From: a virus
Direction: 5' to 3' (one strand)
IMG/VR virus record: IMGVR_UViG_3300043411_001777
Coordinates: 25,968-89,967 of that record
DNA: 64,000 bases
Positions 52,603 to 61,154 of this stretch are shown in pieces. Positions within the stretch are counted from its first letter, which is position 1, and every line of letters begins with the position of its first letter. The notes below the pieces were generated by a model. The model was not told the origin of the DNA and ran no database searches. It saw only the letters and a list, made by a program, of their open reading frames with translations. A program made the translations under genes and the position numbers.

Positions 52603-53609
52603 CGGACCCCTACGATGAATGGTTCGCCAACAATATGCACGTACTCCAAGAGTACGGTTCCGGATATATTGCAATCCACCACACAAAGGGTGTCCGTGCT
52701 TTTGGCGCGACTTCTGCGGAGTTTAAGCAGGCGTTAGAGAAACTGGACCCGAACGAGGGGCCCGACCTTCTTACCACTCACACAGACGTCTACTTGTCAA
52801 GCCCTCCTCTGCCCTTCTTTTCCGGGGCTCTCCCGACCTTTGAAGGCCCCCAAGCTCCTGAATTGGCAATTCCAGACGCAAAACAAACTCGTGACCTGAA
52901 CATGAGCGAGCGCTGTGCTAGACTCGACCAGTTTATCGCAGAGGGGCGGCTCGTCCGTGGAAAGTGGGCCGAAACAATAGACGGCAAAGAGTACGCCTGC
53001 CTTCTCGCAGCCCTTTCGCCTGAAGCGGGGCGGTTTTTTAGCCGGGCATCTTGTCCCGCTGAAGTAATGCCCGCCTGGCTTGCTCACCTCACCGTTTGGA
53101 TGAATGATGCGGGGACCGAAGAACAGTGGCCTACGGTCATTAGACATTATGCGTCGCTAGCTAAACGCTGGCACGTTCTATCTCCAGAAGATTGGGACAC
53201 CCTCGAAAATACCCTTAAGGTTGAGATACTTAAGCTATGCCTAGGGCATGCAGGCCCAGCTTCCGAATACGGAGAAAAAGCTATCTCGCTTTATGAGCGT
53301 AGGATGGCTAAGGAACAGATAGACCCAGAGGAATGGCTGAACCTCCGCGTTGAAACGTCTTATTTCACGCGGAAGAATTCCGGCCCACCCTGGCGAGCGG
53401 CCTTTGCTGTTTATTATGCAACCCGCTTCGACGACGGTTGTAGACTGAGCATCTACGGCGCAGGCAGTCTAGCTTCTATGGCGCGACACACTTGCGGGGA
53501 TAATCTTCCCGTTGACACCCTCATCTTCATGATCCTCGACGAACTCGAAAAAGCCATTTCCGGCAAGTCGTGCGGTCCCTACTGCTGCGGAGTATTTCCC
53601 GATGAGTAG
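52599..53609 (+). CDS. hypothetical protein, member 3 of the CPxEVMP family, with a ~100-aa N-terminal extension (336 aa)
   Basis: SERCARLDQFIAEGRLVRGKW...ACLLAALSPEAG...CPAEVMPAWLAHLTVWMNDAG...WPTVIRHYASLAKRW. Confidence 0.6.
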   Translation: MTDPYDEWFANNMHVLQEYGSGYIAIHHTKGVRAFGATSAEFKQALEKLDPNEGPDLLTTHTDVYLSSPPLPFFSGALPTFEGPQAPELAIPDAKQTRDLNMSERCARLDQFIAEGRLVRGKWAETIDGKEYACLLAALSPEAGRFFSRASCPAEVMPAWLAHLTVWMNDAGTEEQWPTVIRHYASLAKRWHVLSPEDWDTLENTLKVEILKLCLGHAGPASEYGEKAISLYERRMAKEQIDPEEWLNLRVETSYFTRKNSGPPWRAAFAVYYATRFDDGCRLSIYGAGSLASMARHTCGDNLPVDTLIFMILDELEKAISGKSCGPYCCGVFPDE

Positions 53610-54324
53610 TGTCCTCCAATTCCATCTGCCACCAGACTCAACTCCAGAATTGCGGGCCGTGATGCGTGCAATCACGGATGGTGTGCCACTAATCCCTCCG
53701 CCTGGCTCCTCCGAAGAGGAAATTGCTAGGATGGAAGCCGGTGTCATCAAAGGTCGGGCAATGCTGGCCGAAAGCCTTAAAAAGATTGAGGCAACAGGCC
53801 CCAGTAAGACTGATCACATTGTGATCAGCGGCACACGTCGGGGTCGACCCACACTCGGGTTCGCATGCATGAACTGTGGTCAGGAATACATTTTCGAGGG
53901 GGCCCAGAGCATGCCCATCGATGTATTTGCGGGTGCCAGTAAAGGCTTCACCAAGACGCACCGCAAGTGCAAACCGAGTGAGGCTGGTAGGGCTCGGTTC
54001 ATTTACACCAACACTTGGGAGTGGTTCAATTCCTGGGATTGCGGGACTTCATCCTGCGTCATTTACTGTGTATTCAATAATACTTACCCAGATAAACTCG
54101 GGATTCCATCCGACTCTTCCGACCTGGGACGTTGTATCCGTCTTCTAGACGTTGCCCCTAACGAATGGCGCGAGAGCATGCATCGTGTTGCGGATAAATA
54201 CCCGGAATGGCGGCCCTTAGTTGACAACTGGGCTGAGCTGGAAGCGCTCTATCGTGAAGAGGCACCGAACCACACCGGGCCGACACCGAAAACCAACACT
54301 CGACTAAAGGAGTTGGGATGCTAA
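53602..54324 (+). CDS. hypothetical protein (240 aa)
   Basis: ORF with overlapping stop/start. Confidence 0.5.
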   Translation: MSSVLQFHLPPDSTPELRAVMRAITDGVPLIPPPGSSEEEIARMEAGVIKGRAMLAESLKKIEATGPSKTDHIVISGTRRGRPTLGFACMNCGQEYIFEGAQSMPIDVFAGASKGFTKTHRKCKPSEAGRARFIYTNTWEWFNSWDCGTSSCVIYCVFNNTYPDKLGIPSDSSDLGRCIRLLDVAPNEWRESMHRVADKYPEWRPLVDNWAELEALYREEAPNHTGPTPKTNTRLKELGC

Positions 54325-54866
54325 GCCAACTGCAAGATATCATTAAGCACCAACTTCCGGGCCTGCTCGAATCCCACCACATTTGGGATAGCCTGTGCAT
54401 TAACAAACGACTCCCCCGCACATACCGGGTGTGGACCCTACTCGGGGACCTGCGGCTGTGCCTTCACAAATTCGACCCCTGTGATACCCACGAGGCGTTC
54501 GACCACCCGCACCCATGGCCTGGGGCCTTCGTCATCCTGGACGGGGCTTACAAGATGCGTGTGGGCTATTCCAAGGACCGCGAATCCGGGCCGGAACACG
54601 TCGCCGAATTCTACATGCCACGGTATTCGGGGTACGAGATCACAAACCCACTAACGTGGCACGCTGTGATCCCTCAGGCCACCACATACACGGTAATGCT
54701 CAACTCCCCGCCTTTTGCGAGAGACGTGGCCCATACTCAAGTGCGGATCCCCCAAGGGGAGGATCTCGACCGGATGACTCCGATGGAGCTTCAAGAGCAT
54801 CTCGACAAGTTCAAGCTCTTTGCTTGTATGTATGAGATGTTTGGGGTGGTTAAGTCAGATCCCTAG
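54318..54866 (+). CDS. hypothetical protein (182 aa)
   Basis: ORF; last gene of the plus block. Confidence 0.5.
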   Translation: MLSQLQDIIKHQLPGLLESHHIWDSLCINKRLPRTYRVWTLLGDLRLCLHKFDPCDTHEAFDHPHPWPGAFVILDGAYKMRVGYSKDRESGPEHVAEFYMPRYSGYEITNPLTWHAVIPQATTYTVMLNSPPFARDVAHTQVRIPQGEDLDRMTPMELQEHLDKFKLFACMYEMFGVVKSDP

Positions 54867-54877
54867 TCAGATCCCTA
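54854..54877. repeat. Perfect 12-bp tandem duplication gtcagatcccta x2. It contains the stop codons of both convergent genes (TAG at 54864-54866; TGA on the minus strand at 54867-54869).
   Basis: Read directly from the sequence. Confidence 0.8.
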
Positions 54878-55223
54878 ACCCAGAGAGAATCTTTTCGCCT
54901 GCATCGATTAGGTGTAGGCGAACGAAATCGAGATAGGTAATCAGCTCCGAATAGGAGCTGACGGCAGCCTTTTTAACAACGGGCTTACCCAGAAGAGTGC
55001 ATGAACATTGGCAAGTCCCCATCGGAACTCCGAAAAGGGACTTCGTGCTGATGTTGATTGACAACTGGAATTCCCAAAAGTTGAGGGTGTAGACTTCACA
55101 CCCAATACCCACTTGGGTAGCCATTTTGGCTGTTGGGAACCTATCACGGATGATTTGTCGGGCTTCTTCAGGGAGCATGCCTGGTTCTACCCGATCAACT
55201 TTTGCTGCACTCCAGAAATCCAC
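54867..55223 (-). CDS. hypothetical protein (118 aa)
   Basis: ORF. Confidence 0.45.
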   Translation of the reverse strand: MDFWSAAKVDRVEPGMLPEEARQIIRDRFPTAKMATQVGIGCEVYTLNFWEFQLSINISTKSLFGVPMGTCQCSCTLLGKPVVKKAAVSSYSELITYLDFVRLHLIDAGEKILSGLGI

Positions 55224-55519
55224 TGAAACTCCGTTTCGAGCGCCTGAAGCCGCTCAATGATTGGCAATGAGGTACTGTTGCGCTTAAGAGCTGGGGTTAG
55301 GTCGTTTATCGCTTGAAGCATTTTCTTCACCCGAACCTGCTGATTGTGTTCCAGTTCAAAGAACCAATCGGCTGTGATTTCGGAAGTCTTACCCAAGAGA
55401 CCCTTAGTCTGTTTGAGCTTTAGACTCCCCCTGAAAAAGCCCAAGTTTCTAAGGAGATGGGCGTTATCATGGTTCAGGTATGTCGAAATAGCCTTTTTCA
55501 AGGGTTGGGCTTTTCGCAT
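55187..55519 (-). CDS. stand-alone duplicate of the N-terminal domain of the adjacent zincin-like gene 55525-56607 (110 aa)
   Basis: GKTSEITADWFFELEHNQQVRVKKMLQAINDLTPALKR...LQALETEFQW compares with GNSSQITADWYHGMGPQQRTRVKKMLQEVWNLTHAVKR...LNDLVLEFKW. Confidence 0.45.
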   Translation of the reverse strand: MRKAQPLKKAISTYLNHDNAHLLRNLGFFRGSLKLKQTKGLLGKTSEITADWFFELEHNQQVRVKKMLQAINDLTPALKRNSTSLPIIERLQALETEFQWISGVQQKLIG

Positions 55520-55524
55520 CCAAG

Positions 55525-56607
55525 TTACCTCAGGTTTTCCATGATCTCTTGGATTTCCGGATGCAGAGGCCTGCCCAGCACAAAATGCTTAAATGCTTCC
55601 GCGAAGTTTTCCTTCACAGAAGTCCCCCCATATGGGGTGACCGCGATGGGAGCCCGTAACACCTCTTTTGTGGGCAACGTGTCTGGCAAAAGCGGGATAA
55701 TCTCCGCCACAAGAGTTGCGTCCAACGTTGGGTCTTTCACTGCGGCACGCACGAGCTTACCAAGCTCAACCCATGGGGGTGTTCGCTCAATAACATCCAA
55801 GATTTTCCCCATTAGGGGAGTTGAGGTGGCTTTGCCGCCTTTACGGACTGACTGTACAACACGCAATTGCTGCTCAGCTTCAGCACGCTTCATTTGCGGT
55901 GTGATCTCCAAAACCTTATACACAGGTTCAGTGGACAACTCCACAAACCGCCTGCGCGTTTCCAAGTCCTTCCAAAAGCGATAGTCATACCGATGACCAA
56001 ACTCGTGAATAATCGTCCCCACATCCTCCGCAGACCGAGTGGCCTTCAAACTCAAATAGACCACATCCTTATCGGGAAAGTAAGAGGCGTTGGTTCTGCC
56101 CCCAAGACTTTTGGTAATGAACACCTTACAGGATAAGAGTGCGGCAGGAAAGCCCCGTAAGCTATTAGCTGCGGCCTCCAAACATTCCAGAGCTTTCGCA
56201 GCATTCGCTTTGCTAACGCCAGGCATAAGGTTGACAATAAAAGGCCCGAATTCGAATTGGTCTGACTCCGTCTTCACCTTAGGTGCTAGCCACTTGAACT
56301 CAAGCACCAGATCGTTAAGGCGAGCAATTGTATCGGGATAGGTTTCTTTCCGTTTTACGGCGTGGGTAAGGTTCCAAACCTCTTGGAGCATTTTCTTGAC
56401 CCGCGTTCTTTGTTGGGGCCCCATTCCATGATACCAATCAGCAGTGATTTGGGAGCTGTTTCCGAAGAAGCCTTCTGAGGTATAGATTTGAAGGAGCGCT
56501 TCCAAAGCAGTAAACGCCTTTAGCACAGGCCCGTTGATGCCCTCAGATTGATAATCTGGAATTGCATCAGCCAATTGCTGATACGGAGTTTTAGCTGTTT
56601 TTCGCAT
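55525..56607 (-). CDS. HExxH zincin-like metallopeptidase-fold protein (360 aa); paralog family Z, member 3
   Basis: IIHEFGHRYDY and the C-terminal ENFAEAFKHF tail are shared with the 24253-25983 and 25973-27400 genes. Confidence 0.6.
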   Translation of the reverse strand: MRKTAKTPYQQLADAIPDYQSEGINGPVLKAFTALEALLQIYTSEGFFGNSSQITADWYHGMGPQQRTRVKKMLQEVWNLTHAVKRKETYPDTIARLNDLVLEFKWLAPKVKTESDQFEFGPFIVNLMPGVSKANAAKALECLEAAANSLRGFPAALLSCKVFITKSLGGRTNASYFPDKDVVYLSLKATRSAEDVGTIIHEFGHRYDYRFWKDLETRRRFVELSTEPVYKVLEITPQMKRAEAEQQLRVVQSVRKGGKATSTPLMGKILDVIERTPPWVELGKLVRAAVKDPTLDATLVAEIIPLLPDTLPTKEVLRAPIAVTPYGGTSVKENFAEAFKHFVLGRPLHPEIQEIMENLR

Positions 56608-56621
56608 ACAAATTACCTCAA

Positions 56622-57170
56622 TTAGGGGATCCGGTCGGCAATTTGCCCACCCTTCATCGTCCGCAACTCACCCGTACTGCTCGCAGACCAAGTCGTCTGA
56701 TCTTCTAGCGTCCAGCCTAGCTGGAACACCCCGGATAGGTCCACAGGCTCGTCCATGAGCACAACGGGAGTGCTGGAAGGTCCGATTGCCCCGCCAGTAA
56801 TCACATTCATTTGAAGATCAATCCTACCTGTTGCAATATCACCAATGGCGGTGATATTGAGAGACCCCTCAAAGTAAATCTGACCCGAATCTGCAAAATC
56901 GAATAAGGCCAACTCCGCCCCAGCGGTCAGCGCCGCTGAGGCCAAACCCGCACGTAACCGCAATCTACAGCCGTCACCAGGGTCCACGACCAACTTGATC
57001 CAGCCGGCAAAGCAAAGCCGGTTATCCACAACCGCGGGCATCCCCGTTAGCACACAGGTAAATGCGGTCTCCGCGCTCACGTTGGTAATGGTGGAGGAAG
57101 CCCCACCATCCAAATGGAACGGTATCGAGGCTAGTATGTATTCTAGAGAACCGCCGTTAAAGGTTGCCAT
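56622..57170 (-). CDS. hypothetical Gly/Ala/Thr-rich, probably beta-rich protein (182 aa)
   Basis: ORF. Its composition resembles fibre or beta-helix segments, but this is speculative. Confidence 0.45.
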   Translation of the reverse strand: MATFNGGSLEYILASIPFHLDGGASSTITNVSAETAFTCVLTGMPAVVDNRLCFAGWIKLVVDPGDGCRLRLRAGLASAALTAGAELALFDFADSGQIYFEGSLNITAIGDIATGRIDLQMNVITGGAIGPSSTPVVLMDEPVDLSGVFQLGWTLEDQTTWSASSTGELRTMKGGQIADRIP

Positions 57171-57220
57171 TTTTAGGAACTCCCCCCTAAGCCTTCAAAA
57201 GGGATAAGAGGAATACCATG

Positions 57221-57640
57221 TTACGGCTGCTCTAAAGACACAGCCTGCCAATCAGGCCACACCGCACTCAACTCAGCAACGAGCGAACCCATAGCATCAT
57301 AAGCCTCATCACTGTCATTGTCCATAAAGGAGGAGACAGAATGTGCCAGCTTTAACAACGTCTGAATACGTTTCTGCGCAGTTGGCCGGTCCGGCTTCGC
57401 TGACCGGACCCGATCAGCATTGATGATGAGCTGCTCACGCTCCTTAACCAACCGTTTTAACTGCACCTTCTTTTTGTCGACGGCGAACGTAGCACTGTTC
57501 CACCACGTGGAACCAGGCCTCCCCAAATCAGAGGCCCCTATCTTGGCGTCATTTAACTGACGGGTAATGTCGGCAATGATGCGCTCAAGTTCAGCAATTT
57601 CCGCGTCTTTCCGCTTCAACGCAGTAGGTAGATCGGTCAT
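57221..57640 (-). CDS. hypothetical protein with an N-terminal coiled coil (139 aa)
   Basis: ORF. Confidence 0.45.
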   Translation of the reverse strand: MTDLPTALKRKDAEIAELERIIADITRQLNDAKIGASDLGRPGSTWWNSATFAVDKKKVQLKRLVKEREQLIINADRVRSAKPDRPTAQKRIQTLLKLAHSVSSFMDNDSDEAYDAMGSLVAELSAVWPDWQAVSLEQP

Positions 57641-57657
57641 GTTTAGGGGTAATCCGT

Positions 57658-58638
57658 TTAGAGTAGGTCGGAAACATCCGACTCAAGTATAGCGCCATCC
57701 GCTGATGATATGCAATAAGGAGAAAACCAAATCCGCTCCTTATGCCGGTTTTTCGCATTCCCCTCATCCGAGGACTGCCCATACGCTCGGGTGGCCGAGT
57801 AGCTAAAACAACGCCACGACGACGGCATTTCATGCTCACCATCGTATCCGCACAACGCAATTCTTATTCGGGGGTCTTCCCCGTGCTCCAGAGCCCATTC
57901 CCGAACCTTAGCCGATAGGTCCGGTTCTTCGTGGGTGTATAGGCCCGCATAGGTGCCCTCATCCGAGTAAGGCGGGTCTAGGAACACCCCTACAGTCTTG
58001 CCTCTGTAGAGAGCCCCCGTAGTGACTACCCGAGACCAATCCCCACAGCACACCCTGACGTGCCGTAGCCGCTCCCTGAGCGAAAACAGATAGTCCCACA
58101 CGTCCTGCGTAGGTCGGTTGATGCCAACGCCTGTAGTGACGAGATTGGGGAGCTTACGGCGAACCCCGGGCGTGCCTTCCGGAGCTGGGACTTTACGGCT
58201 GTCTAAGACTCGGCCATTATCAATGTACCAGGGGCCTTTTCCGCTGCACCAGGCCGCGCCGATCCATGAGGAGATTCCCCATACCCACAGCCCAGCAACC
58301 TGACTGTCAAAATAGAAGGGGTCAGCCTCTAGCTTTGCAATCCGTGCAGCCCCCTCGTTCACTAGCCAAAGGTGGGTGGCGATTAGATCCGTCTCATTGA
58401 CGGGACGATCAGCCCAGACGGCAACCCCTTCCGGGTCATGTTGAATCGCCCGGAAGAAATTGCAAATGAAGCCGTTCAGGTCATTTACGGTTTCAATGCG
58501 TGGTTTGTGGGGTCGTGCCAACAAAACGGCACCCGACCCCACAAACGGTTCCGCATAATGGTCTACGTCACCGAGAGCCCTCCAAACTTCGGCCCCCACA
58601 CGACTTTTACCACCGAAATAGGCAAATGGAGAGCGCAT
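57658..58638 (-). CDS. DNA N6-adenine methyltransferase, Dam-like D12 class (326 aa)
   Basis: FAYFGGKSR, EPFVGSGAV and catalytic DPPY (VFLDPPYSDEG). Confidence 0.8.
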   Translation of the reverse strand: MRSPFAYFGGKSRVGAEVWRALGDVDHYAEPFVGSGAVLLARPHKPRIETVNDLNGFICNFFRAIQHDPEGVAVWADRPVNETDLIATHLWLVNEGAARIAKLEADPFYFDSQVAGLWVWGISSWIGAAWCSGKGPWYIDNGRVLDSRKVPAPEGTPGVRRKLPNLVTTGVGINRPTQDVWDYLFSLRERLRHVRVCCGDWSRVVTTGALYRGKTVGVFLDPPYSDEGTYAGLYTHEEPDLSAKVREWALEHGEDPRIRIALCGYDGEHEMPSSWRCFSYSATRAYGQSSDEGNAKNRHKERIWFSPYCISSADGAILESDVSDLL

Positions 58639-59003
58639 TAGGGCCGAACGAGCTTCGTCACGTCTGAAATCTCACCCGTCATTTGACGGGAAAGGTCTTC
58701 CCAGGAAATGCCGTTCTCTTTCCAATTTTCACCCGTAACCCACCACTTAGAGCCTAGCTTAATCGCTACGTAACGGTAGGTCCGGCTTGAAAATTGGGGA
58801 GTACGACGCCAAAAAATGACGTCTTCATGCCGATAGATATCTTCGCCGAGAGGTGAGGCACGCTTAGCGTGCTCCAACTCAACTTGAAGTCGATTTCTCT
58901 GCCGGAGAGATTTGGCACGGAATTCTTCTGCCCTTTTATTGAATTGCAAGGCCTCGATTTCCAAATCATGCAAAGCCTTGTTAAGTTGCTCAACCTTGGT
59001 CAT
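58638..59003 (-). CDS. hypothetical protein (121 aa)
   Basis: ORF with an ATGA overlap. Confidence 0.45.
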   Translation of the reverse strand: MTKVEQLNKALHDLEIEALQFNKRAEEFRAKSLRQRNRLQVELEHAKRASPLGEDIYRHEDVIFWRRTPQFSSRTYRYVAIKLGSKWWVTGENWKENGISWEDLSRQMTGEISDVTKLVRP

Positions 59004-59967
59004 TTGGCACTTCCTTAAGGTACTTATTCCACTGCTTAAAGGGGATCATGAAGCCCGCCGCGTTCTTGTGCCCACCACCTCCAAATGAAGTGGCAATCTT
59101 GCTAACGTCGGCGCGGTCACAAGACCGCAAAGACACCTGAGCCATAGGCTCTCCGTCCTTGTAGTGAAGATACCACACCACACCGAAAGGCGCGTCCAAG
59201 GCCAAGACGTTTCCGATTTCGGACTGGTAATGGGCAGAACATACAGCGGGAACCAACCAAGGACGCTTTCGCCAGAAAGCCCACCAGGGCTTATGCCCTA
59301 GTCGAATCATTCCCTTATGCTTCACGGAACGCTTAACCTGCTCCTGCTCTGCCTTATAAAGAGCCGTACCGATCAGCTTGGCATTTTCAAATGCCCCCAG
59401 TGCCTGCATCTCTTCGTATGCCGGGATCGAAAAATCCAGGTTAACGAGAAACGAGTTGATTTCCTTTGAATCTGGGAGCTTCCACGTCCAAAGGTCGCGA
59501 TCCTCGGCATAGGCAATGAACCAAGGGACCTCTTCACCAGGGAAGAAGTGCTCCCAGCACATCCCACAACCAGAATGATCCATATCGAACTTGCAATATG
59601 GCAAGTCCCCAAGCTTTTCCTGCGCCGAAATGTGGTGGTCCAGACAAATGAAGGACTGCGCCCTGGCGTTCCAGGTATCCATTGCTTCGCGGCCTAGGGT
59701 CACATCCGCCATAATGACGTGCTTGCCAACAGGGTCCGCTTTAGGGGTCACCCCTGGAATTGTCGGGACCAGCTCGATATTGGCGTCAGGCACCCCCATT
59801 TTCCGGAGGAAGAGAACGATGACCAAAGCTGACATCATCCCGTCAGTACAGTTCTTGTGGAACGAAATAAGGTAAAGGTCGTTAGGGTGCCAATTTCTAT
59901 TTACCACGGTCAAGTCCTTAAAAGGATGAGAGAAACACATTCCAGCCCAGTATTGGGGGAAACTCAT
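58990..59967 (-). CDS. DHH-DHHA1 family phosphoesterase (NrnA/RecJ-like; 325 aa)
   Basis: DHH motif I LISFHKNCTDGMMSA, motif III ICLDHH, and the DHHA1 GGGHKNAAGF. Confidence 0.7.
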   Translation of the reverse strand: MSFPQYWAGMCFSHPFKDLTVVNRNWHPNDLYLISFHKNCTDGMMSALVIVLFLRKMGVPDANIELVPTIPGVTPKADPVGKHVIMADVTLGREAMDTWNARAQSFICLDHHISAQEKLGDLPYCKFDMDHSGCGMCWEHFFPGEEVPWFIAYAEDRDLWTWKLPDSKEINSFLVNLDFSIPAYEEMQALGAFENAKLIGTALYKAEQEQVKRSVKHKGMIRLGHKPWWAFWRKRPWLVPAVCSAHYQSEIGNVLALDAPFGVVWYLHYKDGEPMAQVSLRSCDRADVSKIATSFGGGGHKNAAGFMIPFKQWNKYLKEVPNDQG

Positions 59968-60235
59968 TAGGGTTATGCTTTTTTCCTGTCTCTTTCCAGA
60001 GACAAATGACCTTCACCATAAGCTGTTTGCAGGGGTGGTTCCTGGTGTATTCCTTGATCAGGAAATCAAGGAACTCCGAGGTGGGCTTACTTTGTAAAGC
60101 GGGTCCGATAACCACACCCAAATTGTCCGAGCCCACTAATTGGTGGCCATCCCACCAACGGCAATCCGGGCTTATGGAGCCATAGATAACCTTTTCCCAC
60201 CACCAATCCTGCAACCAAATGATCTCAGGTCCCAC
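59918..60235 (-). CDS. hypothetical Trp-rich protein (105 aa)
   Basis: ORF. Confidence 0.4.
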   Translation of the reverse strand: MGPEIIWLQDWWWEKVIYGSISPDCRWWDGHQLVGSDNLGVVIGPALQSKPTSEFLDFLIKEYTRNHPCKQLMVKVICLWKETGKKHNPNEFPPILGWNVFLSSF

Positions 60236-60527
60236 TGTTCCAATCCGGGCGTAAGTCTACCAGAGCCTGGAACTGCTGGCCCGAGCCGAGGCACAAAAAC
60301 CATTGCCACTTGGGCAAAAGCAATAGCCCAACCTCGTCCTCCACTAAGAAGTGCTCCGGCAGGGGTACCACGAGCGTTCCTAGCGGAACTACAGGTGTGT
60401 AGCCTTGGTCTACTACCCGGAGGAAAGTTTTGGCGGCCGTCTTCACAAGAACGGCTATGTGGGCCGCTCTTTCCTTTAGTAGGGGAGACGGCTGGGAACG
60501 CTCTTCTTTGGTTAGAAACCACGACAT
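60225..60527 (-). CDS. hypothetical protein (100 aa)
   Basis: ORF; first of the minus block before the divergent gap 60528-60596. Confidence 0.4.
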   Translation of the reverse strand: MSWFLTKEERSQPSPLLKERAAHIAVLVKTAAKTFLRVVDQGYTPVVPLGTLVVPLPEHFLVEDEVGLLLLPKWQWFLCLGSGQQFQALVDLRPDWNSGT

Positions 60528-60596
60528 AAGCTCACCTCAGCCGGATTCTACCCAAGTAGGGCTAAAGCCTGCCATACCTCGGGTAGCATAATTCCT

Positions 60597-61154
60597 ATGC
60601 GTGAAATAAGACGTGTCTTCACAACGAACATCCTCTGCTGGTCCGATGGAATTAGGCTGGAAGGGCAGAATATCGTATTTGGAAGCCTTTTCGGCCCAAG
60701 AAATGCAGTTCGGGCTATCTGGGCTTACCTTGTAATGAAGAAGTCCGCGGAAGTTACAATTGAGGGCCTCGACAATTACTTCAAGCTCGACACTTCCAAG
60801 TACCTCACCATCCAAGCCCCGCTTGATAAGCGCGGCGGCGGATTACACCTAACGATGCTTCAAAGCGAAGCCACTAATCAGCTCTCTGCTTGGAGCAAGA
60901 GTTTTTACCAGCTCGGGTCTGACACCTATCCCTGGCCTTTCGGGGAAACTCCGTGGGACAGCTTTTGGGGTAAGCTGACACGTATGTGTACCGTACCCTT
61001 GCGCCCGGCATGGAAAGACCAAATGTGGGAAATCGGTCGCCAATCTGGACTGATTACCGAACTCGACGGTTTTGGGGTCCCCGTCTTTAGCGTGTCGACC
61101 GACAATTGGTTTAAGGTCGTGATGCATAACATCCAAGCTGGAGTGCTCGTATGA
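60597..61154 (+). CDS. hypothetical protein (185 aa), co-transcribed with the methyltransferase-helicase gene (ATGA overlap)
   Basis: ORF. Its stop overlaps the next start. Confidence 0.5.
   Translation: MREIRRVFTTNILCWSDGIRLEGQNIVFGSLFGPRNAVRAIWAYLVMKKSAEVTIEGLDNYFKLDTSKYLTIQAPLDKRGGGLHLTMLQSEATNQLSAWSKSFYQLGSDTYPWPFGETPWDSFWGKLTRMCTVPLRPAWKDQMWEIGRQSGLITELDGFGVPVFSVSTDNWFKVVMHNIQAGVLV

Noticed and set aside
56622-57170. Calling the 182-aa Gly/Thr-rich protein 56622-57170 a tail fibre or structural protein
   Set aside because: This rests on composition only. No other structural or morphogenesis genes are recognisable in the window.
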